Below are positions 1 through 11,204 of a stretch of 64,000 bases of DNA, piece by piece. Numbering within the stretch: the first letter of the stretch is position 1; each line of letters opens with the position of its first letter. The translations under genes and the position numbers were made by a program. The notes beneath the pieces are model-generated. The model worked only from the letters and a program-made list of their open reading frames with translations, had not been told where the DNA came from and did no database searches. The DNA is from Epithemia pelagica (taxonomy: Eukaryota > Protista > Bacillariophyta), in the NCBI GenBank assembly GCA_946965045.2, contig OX337235.1, positions 2,108,001-2,172,000 of the forward strand. The letters are read 5' to 3'.

Positions 1-922
1 CTTCTACATGCGAGGCGCAACGAAAGGGAATGGTAGCTTCAATACAGGCACAGAGCTGACCAGTAAGCTTCATCGTCAAAACATTCTTTAGAATGCGCGT
101 GGCGACCAATGCAGACAAGAACATATCAAGTCCTTTGTTGAACCATTCTTTTCTCTCAGTCAAGTCATCCCCTGGTCTGAACCCAAAGATATTGGCGAGT
201 AGCACATCCTGAGGGTCTGACAGGTCAGGTCGTATGATCAATTTCGGGTTGTTCGACCCGTCGTTCTCTACAAAGAAGTTTTGCAGATACTCATACAGTG
301 AGGGTTTCGTACCGCTCTTGGTGTTCCACTGAAGGACACAACCTGAACACGAATCTCGATCGATTGAGTTCTTGATAACATCACGAAAGAGCGAAGCCAA
401 AACTTGCAACGGACTGGCTCCAGCAGAAATCTCATAGACATGAGCCACATTGTGATAATGGCGTGACTCTTGGGTCAGAGCACAATCCAAAATGATCGCA
501 ATGCGCTCAAGTTCAGCCAAGTCAATTCGCTCACGACAGTCCAGCTCGGTTAGCGCCCAATCCAAATCGGAGATTAACATGTTCAAGTAGGAGAAGGAAA
601 GCCGTCCAGGTCGAATCCTCCCCTGATCTTGACCCCAACTCAATTTTTGACTAGTATTTGAAGTCTCTGAAGTCATGGACGAGCTAGGAAGAGACTTGCG
701 TTCTCGTTTCAGTTTCTTGCCCATGCGGTCCATCAACAAAATGCTTCCTCCTTCCGATACAACACCTCCACCACGTAATATAGCAACGTTTGATCGACTC
801 GAGACGCGAGTAAGACGCCCGTCGTCACAGGATTCCCCCTCTTGTTGAACACCATCATTGCCGTCAGTTCTGGGTATTGGTGATTCTGTCATATTACTGA
901 CATGCTCTGCTTTGGTTGACAT
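1..922 (-). CDS. HD-superfamily-like hypothetical protein, partial (runs off the left edge; absent from the ORF track because it has no stop in the window)
   Basis: Manual translation from ATG at 922 is open to position 1: ...RHYHNVAHVYEISAGASPLQVLASLFRDV...NIFGFRPG...FLSALVATRIL...CACIEATIPFR. This resembles, from memory, a cyanobacterial/diatom HD-like hypothetical family; the HD position reads RD. Confidence 0.6.
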   Translation of the reverse strand, partial: MSTKAEHVSNMTESPIPRTDGNDGVQQEGESCDDGRLTRVSSRSNVAILRGGGVVSEGGSILLMDRMGKKLKRERKSLPSSSMTSETSNTSQKLSWGQDQGRIRPGRLSFSYLNMLISDLDWALTELDCRERIDLAELERIAIILDCALTQESRHYHNVAHVYEISAGASPLQVLASLFRDVIKNSIDRDSCSGCVLQWNTKSGTKPSLYEYLQNFFVENDGSNNPKLIIRPDLSDPQDVLLANIFGFRPGDDLTERKEWFNKGLDMFLSALVATRILKNVLTMKLTGQLCACIEATIPFRCASHVE

Positions 923-1656
923 CAATCAAGTGGGTTGGTGGCGCCGAAGCTCTTCCCCGAGAGGTAATGTAACACTGCTATCAGATTAAACACAAAACAG
1001 ACTAAACAGGGTTGAGGTTGGTTTTGACAACGAAGCCAACGTCGTCAATACACCAGGAAGAGACGATGAAGTTCTAATCGCTTTTTTGGACAGGGACTTC
1101 ACGTTCACGGCGATGGACACCTACCTTGTTGCTGTGCTCTATCCAGAAAATGCACGGAGGTGTGGCCGACGATGGCACCAATCAGTCCGGTAATACAGTA
1201 AGTTTCTTCAAGACTGGTCGGCTGTCGGTGTCTTGTCGGGCGATTTTCTTCTCCTACACATTATCGTATACTACATCAAAACGGACAACTCATTATCGTT
1301 ACTCTTCTGGACACTTTGCATTAAGTAGTAGTAGTAACTCGCGGAGAACTTGAGAACGGAAACGGATCTGCGGAGACTCCCATTAAATTTGGCCGAAAAC
1401 GCCAGAGACATACGTAATATAATAGCCCCAGTTTGTTAGCAATTCATCTTAGACTTGAGACCAGTGGTTTTCTACGCCTAACTCTAAACTCTAAACACTT
1501 ATCCTTTGCCGACATGTCTTCAAAGTTTTATACTGACACAAAAATGATGTCGGTTAAAAATGTGATCTTTCACATCGTAGTCGAACGAAGACAAAGGGAC
1601 GGGTCTCGGCAATCCATCGTCTATTCCTGTACGAACTCCTTTATCTAATATCAACA

Positions 1657-2898
1657 ATGCACGGTCAGCTGCGCTCCGAATACAAGGCACGACAACGGGA
1701 CCCCAAGGTTGCTGCTGCTCTCGCAAAAAAGGCTGAACAGTGGTACACATTGACTGCTCAGATCAACGACGACAATGCGCTGGCGTTGACGGAGAAACTC
1801 CTCACTGTAAACCCAGATCCATTGTATTTGTGGAATCAGCGGCGTGTAGGTGGTAGGTCACTAGATTGGGAGACAGAAAGTCAATTGACTGCGAACGCAT
1901 TACGAAACAACCCCAAAGCCTACGGAGCATGGTTTCACCGTAAATGGTGTTTGGTCCATTTGGTCGTAGCACCAGAGCGCACCGCCACAACAACCGCAGT
2001 CACTCAAGATTCACCCTCTGTGGAAGGACCATCGGCTGTGCTGGCACAGGAACTAGCTCTTACCGTTCACTTCTTAGAACGTGACGAAAGAAACTTTCAT
2101 TGTTGGAATTATCGACGCTTTGTTGTGAGCATGCTCTTGGCATTGCAACAGAGCAGTTCTGTAACCAGTATTTCCGTGGAAGAACCTGGTGCCTGGAGGG
2201 TACTACTGGAGGATGGAGGAGATTCGGACGTTGGAAAGCCAATTCTTTTGATGGGAGCCCAAATTGCATCTTCGGCTTCAAATCTAGAATCTACGTCGGA
2301 TATGGAACACAGGGACGACGGCCCCACGACAAATTGGATCAAGCACGAATGGGATTTCACCCAGAAAAAGATTGAACAGAACTTCTCCAACTTTTCAGCG
2401 TTCCACTACAGAAGCAAGCTTTTCAAAATTCTTCGACAAAGCAAAGTTCAAGAGGGTGAAACGAGGACAGATATGTTGAAGAAGGAACTGGAATTGATAG
2501 AGAACGCCATTTTCACAGAGCCAGATGACCAAACAGCATGGTGGTATCAATCCTTTCTTCTTCGACAAGAAGAGGAAGAGTACGGGGTAAATCTATCGAA
2601 CGACAATTCCGACGAACGAAATGAAGAGCTCTGGCAAACACATGTTGTAAATCTGCGGGAACTTGCAGAGGAAATGCCCAGCTCAAAGTGGGTCGCACTG
2701 GGACTGTTCAATTGTAAAGTGATGCTTTGGAAGCGACTACGGAAGAATGATTCTTCAACCAGCGAGGATAGTAACGTGCAACTCAAAAAGGAAGAATTAC
2801 TTCAGGATTGCAACAAACTCATTGAAATGGATCCTGATCGCAAAGGTCGATACAACAGTCTTATTGAAAGAATCAGCAATGACAAACTGCTGCTCTAG
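1657..2898 (+). CDS. RABGGTA: Rab geranylgeranyltransferase alpha subunit (PPTA repeats)
   Basis: MHG N-terminus; prenyltransferase alpha repeats NPKAYGAWFHRKW, DERNFHCWNYRR, NFSNFSAFHYRS, FTEPDDQTAWWY; C-terminal DPDRKGRY. Confidence 0.9.
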   Translation: MHGQLRSEYKARQRDPKVAAALAKKAEQWYTLTAQINDDNALALTEKLLTVNPDPLYLWNQRRVGGRSLDWETESQLTANALRNNPKAYGAWFHRKWCLVHLVVAPERTATTTAVTQDSPSVEGPSAVLAQELALTVHFLERDERNFHCWNYRRFVVSMLLALQQSSSVTSISVEEPGAWRVLLEDGGDSDVGKPILLMGAQIASSASNLESTSDMEHRDDGPTTNWIKHEWDFTQKKIEQNFSNFSAFHYRSKLFKILRQSKVQEGETRTDMLKKELELIENAIFTEPDDQTAWWYQSFLLRQEEEEYGVNLSNDNSDERNEELWQTHVVNLRELAEEMPSSKWVALGLFNCKVMLWKRLRKNDSSTSEDSNVQLKKEELLQDCNKLIEMDPDRKGRYNSLIERISNDKLLL

Positions 2899-3122
2899 AT
2901 CGAGACCACATCGAGAATCCCAGATAGAGGACTTAAACTATGTGCTCCTTTCGACTTTCGGCTTAGCCCTAGCTACCTAGATTCTACGGATAGCCGATCT
3001 TGAATCTTGTCGACCGCCTGGTATGTGGAAAGGTGAGTACCAGTATCGACCAAAGTGTAGAAATAGGTTGGCCACTAGCCACGTCTTCAAATCTAAAATA
3101 GATGTGAGAAAGATCTTCACGA

Positions 3123-3982
3123 GCCGAGGCAGTCGACACACCACACGATGTCCACATCGAACCTCCAGGCCTGGCGCCACAACATCACAGGAACATTAGA
3201 CCAGCTGACGTCGGAATGCTCCTTTCAAAACCACACAAGAACAAACCGTTTAACTATGTCGCAATCGACATCACAATCCCACCTCCACAGCAGCCACAGC
3301 CCATCACCGATCCGTCCGACCATCTAACACTCGCCACCATGGCCTCCAGGACGCATCAAGAAGCGGCAAGAGCCAAATTCTGTAGAGACCCTGACACTTC
3401 AAAACACCTCTTCAACAACGGAATTTACCTGATCCCATTCACCGTGGATCATCTCGGAGGACTAGGATCTTTCGCGGACCGCCTCCTGTTCCCATCAGCA
3501 TACAACCCCCACGTCTTCTCAACGACACAACCGCCACCTTGGCAAAATCCGTAATTTGGCAAAGAAGAAAACCGCAGTAAACCACACCCAATGGCATTCA
3601 GACTCTTCAAAGAATCCAACCGGGCTCCATCCAACCTTCTCACAGCAGCCAACGCAAAAACCAAGAAATTCAGCTACCCAGAGGCACATATCTCCATCGG
3701 GCACTTCGCAAAAGCCTCATTAGGCCATGCCATCGTCTCCGCCCTGGCAACTCACGCCAACAACAATATAGGTGCAATACGACACCATCAATCAAAACAC
3801 AAAACCAGAACCACACAATTGCAAAACCTTGCCACACTATGTTTTGCACCAGGCACCCCAATATACTCCCCCGCCCCAATGGCAGAATTCATCCCAAACA
3901 TGGACGCAGCCCCACTCCTCTGCGAGCTAACCGCTTAGGAGTCACACTCTCGTTTAGACAGTAAATTAAATCCACGAAAAAA
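3123..3982 (+). pseudogene. 5'-truncated CRE-group non-LTR retrotransposon fragment (endonuclease region only) with a premature stop
   Basis: Clear similarity to 30477-31338 (HDVHIEPPGLAPQH-RNIRPADVGMLL...YVAIDITIPPP...AKFCRDP). In-frame TAA at 3552-3554 splits ORFs 3216-3554 and 3591-3938, which are in the same frame. A-rich 3' end at 3954-3982. Confidence 0.85.
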
Positions 3983-4256
3983 GTGTTATGTCGAGCATCT
4001 AAGGACAAGACGGTTTCAGAAGGATCAAACGACGAATGGAAGGAGACGCAATGATGGACTTCTTCCGCTTTTGCTGTGGAGAGGGCGAGGAAGTAAAGAA
4101 GTTTGGCACGTTTTATGTACGTACGTTTTAGAGTTCACAGGGTGTATTTTTCTCTTTGGACTTTGGAATGTGTCTTACAGTTCTTTGTACCTTTCGGTCC
4201 ACGCTTTGTAGAATCAAAAAGACTATGACTGGAACGATGATCAACAGAGCAAAGCT

Positions 4257-6533
4257 ATGGAACAAAACCAGAAAATTCAGGCCTTGGAATCACAACTGAG
4301 TTATCGTGGTGCGGTGCAACAGGATCATGAAGTACGAAAGACAATTTATTCTCGTCCAATTGATTTGGACGAAGATTACAAGCCACCTATATTCAACAAA
4401 ACTCGTCTCCAAAAAGCGTTCTTATTGGATAGCATGCAGGAAAACTTTTTGTTTCTGGATATGAATGATGAAGAAAAAGATATGTTGATTCTTGCGATGC
4501 AACCTCACAACTATGCTGCTGGAGACACAATTATCCAGCAGGGTGATATGGGAGACTACTTTTACATTGTATCAGATGGAGTTGTGAATTTCATAAAAGA
4601 TGGTGTGGATGTAGGGAGTTGTCCTCGGGGTGGATCTTTTGGCGAACTGGCGCTTTTGTATGACTCTCCACGAGCTGCATCGTGTGTGGCTGAAACCAAT
4701 GTGAGCGTGTACCGAGTCGACCAAAAGACCTTTCGACTCATGCTTGCTCGACATGCCGATGACCATCATCAAGATATACGTAAACTCATTCGTGGCATTT
4801 CAATCTTCAAGAATTTGGATGATGTGACACTTAATCGGTTCACCCGAACAATGACACCGGTTTCCTTCAAAGAAGGGGATCGCATTGTGCAGAAAGGTGA
4901 AATTGGAAACGTGTTTTACATTGTTCAAGAAGGACAAGTTAAAATCCACGACATTGGTCTCGGCGACAGTAAATTTGAAGATCAACTTTTGAGACCAGGT
5001 GACTGGTTTGGAGAGCGTGCTCTGATGACGGGGGAACCAAGGGCGGCGAATGCAACGGCCATGTCCGAAGAAACCATTTTGTTGGCCGTCGATCGAAAGA
5101 CGTTTGAAAGTACAATAGGATCGCTGCAGGGATTGATGGACATTGAAATGAAGAAAAAGTTTCTGAAGGGTCTTGCTCTCTTTGCTCAGAGTGATTTGAC
5201 TGAACCAGAGATGGACCAGCTTGCATACCTTATTCGTGAAGAGAGCTACTCCAAAGGCGAGACCTTGGTCCATGCCGGTAAGCCGTATGAACTGAAACTT
5301 TGGATTATTCGTCATGGAAGGCTTCTTGTGATTCAACCAAAGTCAGGAATCATCTATGATCTTCGGAGCGGAGATCATTTTGGGGACAAGTCCATTTGCA
5401 ACGAAACTGGTCATCTGAGTTCTCACAATGCTGTTTGCGAGGAAGACATGACTGCGTGGGTTCTCACTCGAGAAAACATAGAGGGTGTAGCCGGGGATAT
5501 TACTCGGCTGGGCCGACCGCAGAAACCATCGGAACGAAACCATGTCGCAAAATCGGTGCTATTTCGGGACTTGAAGAAACACCGTGTTCTGGGCCAGGGA
5601 GCTTTTGGGAAGGTGTGGCTCGTGGAACACAAAAAGAACAGTGCTGCCTATGCTTTGAAGGCAATCAACAAACTGCGAATCATCGAAGCGAAACAAGAGA
5701 AGAGTATTGTTAGGGAGAAGGAGTTGCTCATGCTGCTCGAGCATCCATTCATTCTCCATTTGGTGTCCACGTTCCAAGATGAACATCATGTTTACTTGCT
5801 TTTGCCATTGATTCCTGGTGGAGAGTTATTTAGTGTTTTGCACAAGCAAAAGACGAAGGGCAAAGGCTTAGGGAACGATTCTGCTGCATTCTACTCTTCT
5901 TGTGTGGTTGAGGCTCTGGGGCATTTCCACCAACGGTCCATTGCCTATCGAGATCTCAAACTGGAAAATGTTCTGATTGACGAAAAAGGATATTGTATCG
6001 TTGTTGACCTTGGCTTTGCGAAAGTTGTGGATGATAAGACCTACACTTTGGTAGGTACACCAGAATACCTTGCACCAGAGATCATCATATCAAAGGGTCA
6101 CGACAAGGCGGTGGATTACTGGAGTTTCGGTGTTCTCTGTTATGAACTTCTTGTTGGCGTTTCTCCGTTCTATAGGAATGGATCGGCACAGATTGATATG
6201 TTTAAACGAATTGTTCGGGGAAAATATGCAATTCCTCCATACTGCTCCGAGAACGCCGCTGATCTAATCAAAAGACTACTTGTTCGCAAAGATATGGAGC
6301 GATTAGGAAATCTGTCCCAGGGCTATTTGGACATCAAACGCCATCCATGGTATGAGGAAAGCAATGTTGACTTCACGGCCATCTTCAACAAGGAAACTAC
6401 AGCGCCGTGGCTTCCCGTTGTGAAAGATCCTCTCGACTCGTCAAACTTTGATGACTACAGTGATATTGAGAATGAGCCAATCACCGGCAGAAGATTGAGA
6501 AAAAAAGAACAAGATATTTTCAAGAATTTTTAG
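4257..6533 (+). CDS. Cyclic-nucleotide-dependent protein kinase, PKG-like architecture (three cNMP-binding domains + AGC kinase)
   Basis: CNB motifs FGELALLYDSPRAAS and WFGERALMTGEPRAAN plus a degenerate third (HFGDKS). Kinase motifs GQGAFGKV, YRDLKLEN, DLG, GTPEYLAPE; AGC tail DSSNFDDY. Confidence 0.9.
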   Translation: MEQNQKIQALESQLSYRGAVQQDHEVRKTIYSRPIDLDEDYKPPIFNKTRLQKAFLLDSMQENFLFLDMNDEEKDMLILAMQPHNYAAGDTIIQQGDMGDYFYIVSDGVVNFIKDGVDVGSCPRGGSFGELALLYDSPRAASCVAETNVSVYRVDQKTFRLMLARHADDHHQDIRKLIRGISIFKNLDDVTLNRFTRTMTPVSFKEGDRIVQKGEIGNVFYIVQEGQVKIHDIGLGDSKFEDQLLRPGDWFGERALMTGEPRAANATAMSEETILLAVDRKTFESTIGSLQGLMDIEMKKKFLKGLALFAQSDLTEPEMDQLAYLIREESYSKGETLVHAGKPYELKLWIIRHGRLLVIQPKSGIIYDLRSGDHFGDKSICNETGHLSSHNAVCEEDMTAWVLTRENIEGVAGDITRLGRPQKPSERNHVAKSVLFRDLKKHRVLGQGAFGKVWLVEHKKNSAAYALKAINKLRIIEAKQEKSIVREKELLMLLEHPFILHLVSTFQDEHHVYLLLPLIPGGELFSVLHKQKTKGKGLGNDSAAFYSSCVVEALGHFHQRSIAYRDLKLENVLIDEKGYCIVVDLGFAKVVDDKTYTLVGTPEYLAPEIIISKGHDKAVDYWSFGVLCYELLVGVSPFYRNGSAQIDMFKRIVRGKYAIPPYCSENAADLIKRLLVRKDMERLGNLSQGYLDIKRHPWYEESNVDFTAIFNKETTAPWLPVVKDPLDSSNFDDYSDIENEPITGRRLRKKEQDIFKNF

Positions 6534-6709
6534 AAAAACCTTTCTTCACATCTGAAGGGTCATGCTTAACGCTTTCATGGCTACAGTATTGGTGGGCAGT
6601 TGGACAACAAACACACTTCCATCAGTCTTGATAGTTAGTGCATATCCATAGACTTTCTCTTGCTTGACCTTGTCAGGTTTATGATCATCCCCTCTATATT
6701 TTTGCCTGG

Positions 6710-7770
6710 TCAGTATCCTTTTTCCCAGTCTACGACAAAGTTAAGATCATTTCCGTTGACGAAAAGATCATAGTTTGAAGAAAATATTTTGGGTACATCG
6801 CTAGCCTGCGTTAAGCCACTGACATGGGGTGAAATGACAACATCAGGATGATCCCACAAAGGACTGTCGCTAGGCAATGGTTCTGTTTCAAAGACATCCA
6901 GTATTGCAGCAGATATGTGTCCCTTTTCAAGAGCACGGAGGAGCGTCGATTCCTTAACGACATCTCCTCTCCCGACATTTAGGAATACTGGAGATTTCCC
7001 TCCATTTTCTCTCGCAGCAAAAGATACAGCGTCTTCCGTCAACATTCCTCTTGTGTCGATTGTTGATGTAACACTGATACGATATAGTCCCCAGCTTGGA
7101 GGGCTTCAGTCAAATCGGTCGTGTAGTGATCCACACCAATATCACGTGCAATCCGAGGAGTCTTCCCATATCCCACCACCCGCATACCAAAGACAGACGC
7201 GGCTTTTGCGATTGATCGGCCGATGTCACCGCATCCCAGTACAGTCAATGTCAAGAAAGATAGATACCGATAATTTGTCACTTGCTCGAGAGATCCAGCC
7301 CAGTCCTTATTCCTTTGGTCCTTGGTTGACGCTGAAAAAGATCGCTCATATTCAATTATGCGGGCCATGCACCACTCGGCAATGGGAGGTCCAAAGCATC
7401 CAGCAAAACGGGTCAATATCCAGGGTTGTCTAGGTATTAATGGGATTCCATCGTCTGACAGGGAAAACAGTGGGTCCACTCCAGCGTACGTTGACTGGCA
7501 CCACTTCAAACTCTGTAGTGCAGAGATATTGTGGTTAAGGATAGAGGCAACGACAGCAGGCTCGGATATTAGAATTTCAGCCTGAGAAAGTGCCGCTCTA
7601 GTTTCGTCCGTCAGCTTGGATGGCTCGAAATCAACGGTTCCACCGTATCCTCCCAGAGCGTCGTCGTTGACGACTTTGACCGGTATGTCGCTGCAAAGAG
7701 TCACCATCGACTCAGCGACACTGGGAATTGATGAGAAAACTGTAACCGTAGGCCGGATACCTTTGGACAT
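6710..7770 (-). pseudogene. D-isomer-specific 2-hydroxyacid dehydrogenase (GhrA-like), split by a 1-nt deletion near 7068 (pseudogene or sequencing error)
   Basis: ORFs 7039-7770 and 6710-7045 carry GCGDIG (Rossmann), NVGRG, LDVFETEPL and SPHVSG. Adding one C in TTA-CA-TCA restores VLPSTIDTRGMLT. Confidence 0.8.
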
Positions 7771-8090
7771 GATGATTGCATGTATTTAATGAGCCTATCC
7801 CGATTTCCAAGTTCCAAGGATACGAGTGTGATTGCGATGGTGGATCTTTTGTGTTTTTTGTCACGCAACCTTGGCGCGACTAGAAATGGAGCAACGGCTA
7901 GCTAGGAGTATAGCTCCTACTCCAACTCCCTCCAGAAAGACGTACACGTCCAATATTATGATGACTACTCCTAGAAGTACCTCGTCACCAATTTGATGAC
8001 CATTTGATGACCCAACATTTCTAGGAGAATATCTTTTTTGCTTGGTTCAGAATTTGATACAACACGTTTAATTCCAGCATACCATTGAAC

Positions 8091-10250
8091 TCAACCACCG
8101 CCTTCTGCTAGTAGATCCCGAGAACCGCGACGGTGCGCGTTTACAACATCGTCGAGACCTTGAAGGACTCGTCCAATGCAGACACTTCCTTCCGGAAGGC
8201 TACGGTCAAAGGGCTCTAAATGTACGGATAAAACCAACCGTGTTTCATCCTCTCCTTTGCCTGTTCCAAGCGATTCTTTGCTACTGTTCGCCAATTTGTC
8301 CGACGCTTCAATTTCTTCTTGTCTCATGGAGACGGATCCCACTTCGTGACACCCATGAGATCGTTCCACAAATTCAAGCAGAGGCATCACGATACTATTC
8401 GCATTGCTGCCATTACCAACACCCTCATCTTGTGAACTGTCGGAAAGGGAGTTGCTTTCGAGGGCATTTGCTGGAGCCGAGCGCAGTTCGAAAATCGCAG
8501 GAAAGCTAGGAACAGCGGCTTCTGGTACCACTACTCCGCCACTTGCACCTCCCACGACATGGACCTGAATGTGGTCCCACAAATGGCGATTCACTTGTTG
8601 TACCAGGGTACTTATGGCATGAGGGGTGTCATCAGACAAACCAATCACAAGCTTGCCATTTTTGGAAATTTGCAAAGAAACTTCGGCTGGTCGTTCTCCA
8701 AACGTAGCTGCCAATTGTTCGCGAGCGTTAAGTTGGATTTTGTGTTGAATCGTCTGTAGGTCTTGCTGGGCTTTCTCCAACAAAGCTTTTTGCTTTTTTT
8801 GCTCTTCTTCCGAAGCTGGGTTGCCATTCTCATTGTTGTTGTTGTCGATAATTAAACTATTCAAAACTTCTTGTTCCGAGTACTTTTTATGAACACGTTT
8901 CGCCGCCTGGTCAATCCATAACATTTGGTCCAATATATGTGATCTCTCTTCATCGTATTGACGCAACTGATCCTTGTGGTTTTGCACTTTGGAATGTGAA
9001 TTAAAGACAAAAATCGCCAAAACTACGAGAATGGTAATTTGCGTCAATTGGCCCCATCGTATAGGAAAGAATCGTGGCCTGTTGGTAATTGTGGAAGCGG
9101 GTGGAGAAGAGGGCTCGTCCGATGCCTTTTCCTTAAAGTTCAATTTGATGGACCACCAGAGTGATTTCCACCACCCTGACCCACGTTTGGATCCAACACG
9201 GTTGATACTACTGGACACAGTAGCTGTCATGAGGCCATCGACGGGAATCGGACTGTCGTCACTCAAATTGAAGGATTCGTCCAAATTATTTTCAGAAAAA
9301 TCTTCATGTCCGTAATGCAATGCTCGAGTATTGGTTTTGTTATGGGTACTGCCACCTGTCAAACTTCCTCGTTTAAGTTTTCCCTTGGACGAAACTGGAC
9401 TATGATTGCTTCGTCGGTATGCATTAAGTTCGGATGGTTCGGATGATGAAAGGACGGCTGGTTTCTTTCGTTTGGTCATATGGGGTGATTGGTGATGTAA
9501 ATGGTGATGATGATTGTCGCGGACAGTATCGTTGTTGTGGTTGCTGTTGTTCGTATCGGACCATAGAATGGGGGCATGCGGTAAATGACTCTGATGATGC
9601 AAACTGCCTTTCCCACTGTGCGTACTTGCACCTTCAGCGCGGTCTGCCACCAAAACTGCCGCCATGGCGCCCAAGGAATTATCCGAGTCTTGACGTTCCA
9701 TGACTACAGGTGAACGATCGGATCGTTTGGGTGTGGGTGCAGTTGCGGTAGTTCCGGCCGTTCCCCTTTTGGTATTATGGTGGTGGTGACTACTATTGTT
9801 GTCCAGCTGATCCATGAGAGGAGGATCCATTCCACTGCTCCCTCTTCTTCGACGCCGAGTATTGTTGCTGCTTCGAATTCCTGTAGAAGAGCCATCTTCC
9901 AACAAGACACGTCCTCCTCCCGTGCTCGAAGTTTTTGTGGAATCGCCTTGATGTCGAACGGTTCGTATCGTAGCTTGCGGTGCCATGTACAAATGGTTGG
10001 AAGATGCTAGCATGCTTGATGATTTCTTTTCACTCTTACTACTGCTGCTGCTCGAAAGCATGGCAGATCTCATGGAAGCAGACGACGATGCTCCTCCTCC
10101 TTGACGTAGTGGATAGAGACTCCGTTTAGAAGTTTTGGTACCATACCGCCCTCGAACAGTGTCCGTATTGGGTTTTCGCCGGGCCATGGTCGTTGTGGTT
10201 GTCATGGTCGACGAAGCCGATTGATTCTCCGACATTCTTTGGGAGTACAT
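8091..10250 (-). CDS. Membrane protein: long disordered Ser/His-rich N-terminus, one TM helix, coiled coil, degenerate cyclophilin-like C-terminal domain
   Basis: TM ITILVVLAIFVF; coiled coil; DTPHAISTLVQQV...LW; CIGRVLQGLDDV. Paralogous to 12948-14891. Confidence 0.6.
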   Translation of the reverse strand: MYSQRMSENQSASSTMTTTTTMARRKPNTDTVRGRYGTKTSKRSLYPLRQGGGASSSASMRSAMLSSSSSSKSEKKSSSMLASSNHLYMAPQATIRTVRHQGDSTKTSSTGGGRVLLEDGSSTGIRSSNNTRRRRRGSSGMDPPLMDQLDNNSSHHHHNTKRGTAGTTATAPTPKRSDRSPVVMERQDSDNSLGAMAAVLVADRAEGASTHSGKGSLHHQSHLPHAPILWSDTNNSNHNNDTVRDNHHHHLHHQSPHMTKRKKPAVLSSSEPSELNAYRRSNHSPVSSKGKLKRGSLTGGSTHNKTNTRALHYGHEDFSENNLDESFNLSDDSPIPVDGLMTATVSSSINRVGSKRGSGWWKSLWWSIKLNFKEKASDEPSSPPASTITNRPRFFPIRWGQLTQITILVVLAIFVFNSHSKVQNHKDQLRQYDEERSHILDQMLWIDQAAKRVHKKYSEQEVLNSLIIDNNNNENGNPASEEEQKKQKALLEKAQQDLQTIQHKIQLNAREQLAATFGERPAEVSLQISKNGKLVIGLSDDTPHAISTLVQQVNRHLWDHIQVHVVGGASGGVVVPEAAVPSFPAIFELRSAPANALESNSLSDSSQDEGVGNGSNANSIVMPLLEFVERSHGCHEVGSVSMRQEEIEASDKLANSSKESLGTGKGEDETRLVLSVHLEPFDRSLPEGSVCIGRVLQGLDDVVNAHRRGSRDLLAEGGG

Positions 10251-11204
10251 ATTTCTATCTTGAGCGGTGGACCCAACGAGACAAATGAATAAAGCTCGAG
10301 TCTTGCTGTTGTTGTGAAGGACAATTTTTGGACCCGAACGATCTTGTGTATTTTATTGTTGAGCTTTTGCCTGCACCCTCCAGTTCCTTTCTCGAGCTTT
10401 TGTTTCAGATGATGGCAAGTGGGAACAAGTCGAAGTTCAGTTGTGGTGACGAATCAGGAACAACACACTCTTGTGTGTTTGACACGATTCTCTACTACCC
10501 ACCAACGAACAACGAATTGATTCGGGGACACGATCTGAAAATGAGACGCTCCTTCCTTGGCTGTGCTGTCTGTGGTTTGTTTTGTCGCGAGTTTTTTCTC
10601 GTGCTTTTCACCAGCAGCGGTCGTCTTCTGCGGCTGTCACCGTTTCTGCTCGTGCTCTTCTTATCTCAAGCTACTACTGTGACTACCAGGGGCTTGGTTG
10701 GTGTGTGGTTCTGTTAGACTTGTCTCTTGCGTATAGAAAGAGATGCTCTTGACCCAAAACTAGCAACATGGATGAAGCTCTTGTCGCTGGCAACGCCCTT
10801 CCTAGCCGATCCTTCCACCCTTTGCCCTCTGTTGTTTGTACGCACCCATGGCGTTGCGTGGCATTCCGGCTTCCCGAACGCAAGCGTGCTGGGCACGGGG
10901 GAATAATAAACAAATGTGAAGGGATTAATTGGAGACCCTATGGCCCTACTCGCGACAACGAACGTGATTGCTCGTTGGTCCCTCATTCGATGAACGGTTT
11001 TACATTTTACGGGAATCAATACTACCAGTGGCTTTCCGCTCCTCGCCGACAAGAACAAGTAGCTTTTCTCTCCAGCCTATTCTACTGTCCGCAATAGGAG
11101 TATCATCTCAGGTTTGTTAGAAGAGCACCATGAGACTCTTCTAACAGCAAACACGTAGATCTGGTTGATTCTAACTTCTAGCTAGAGAGTAATGACGTGT
11201 TGTT

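Noticed and set aside
10328-11097. Short ORFs between the cyclophilin-like gene and the methyltransferase
   Set aside because: No recognisable motifs or consistent exon chain; probably UTR or intergenic sequence.
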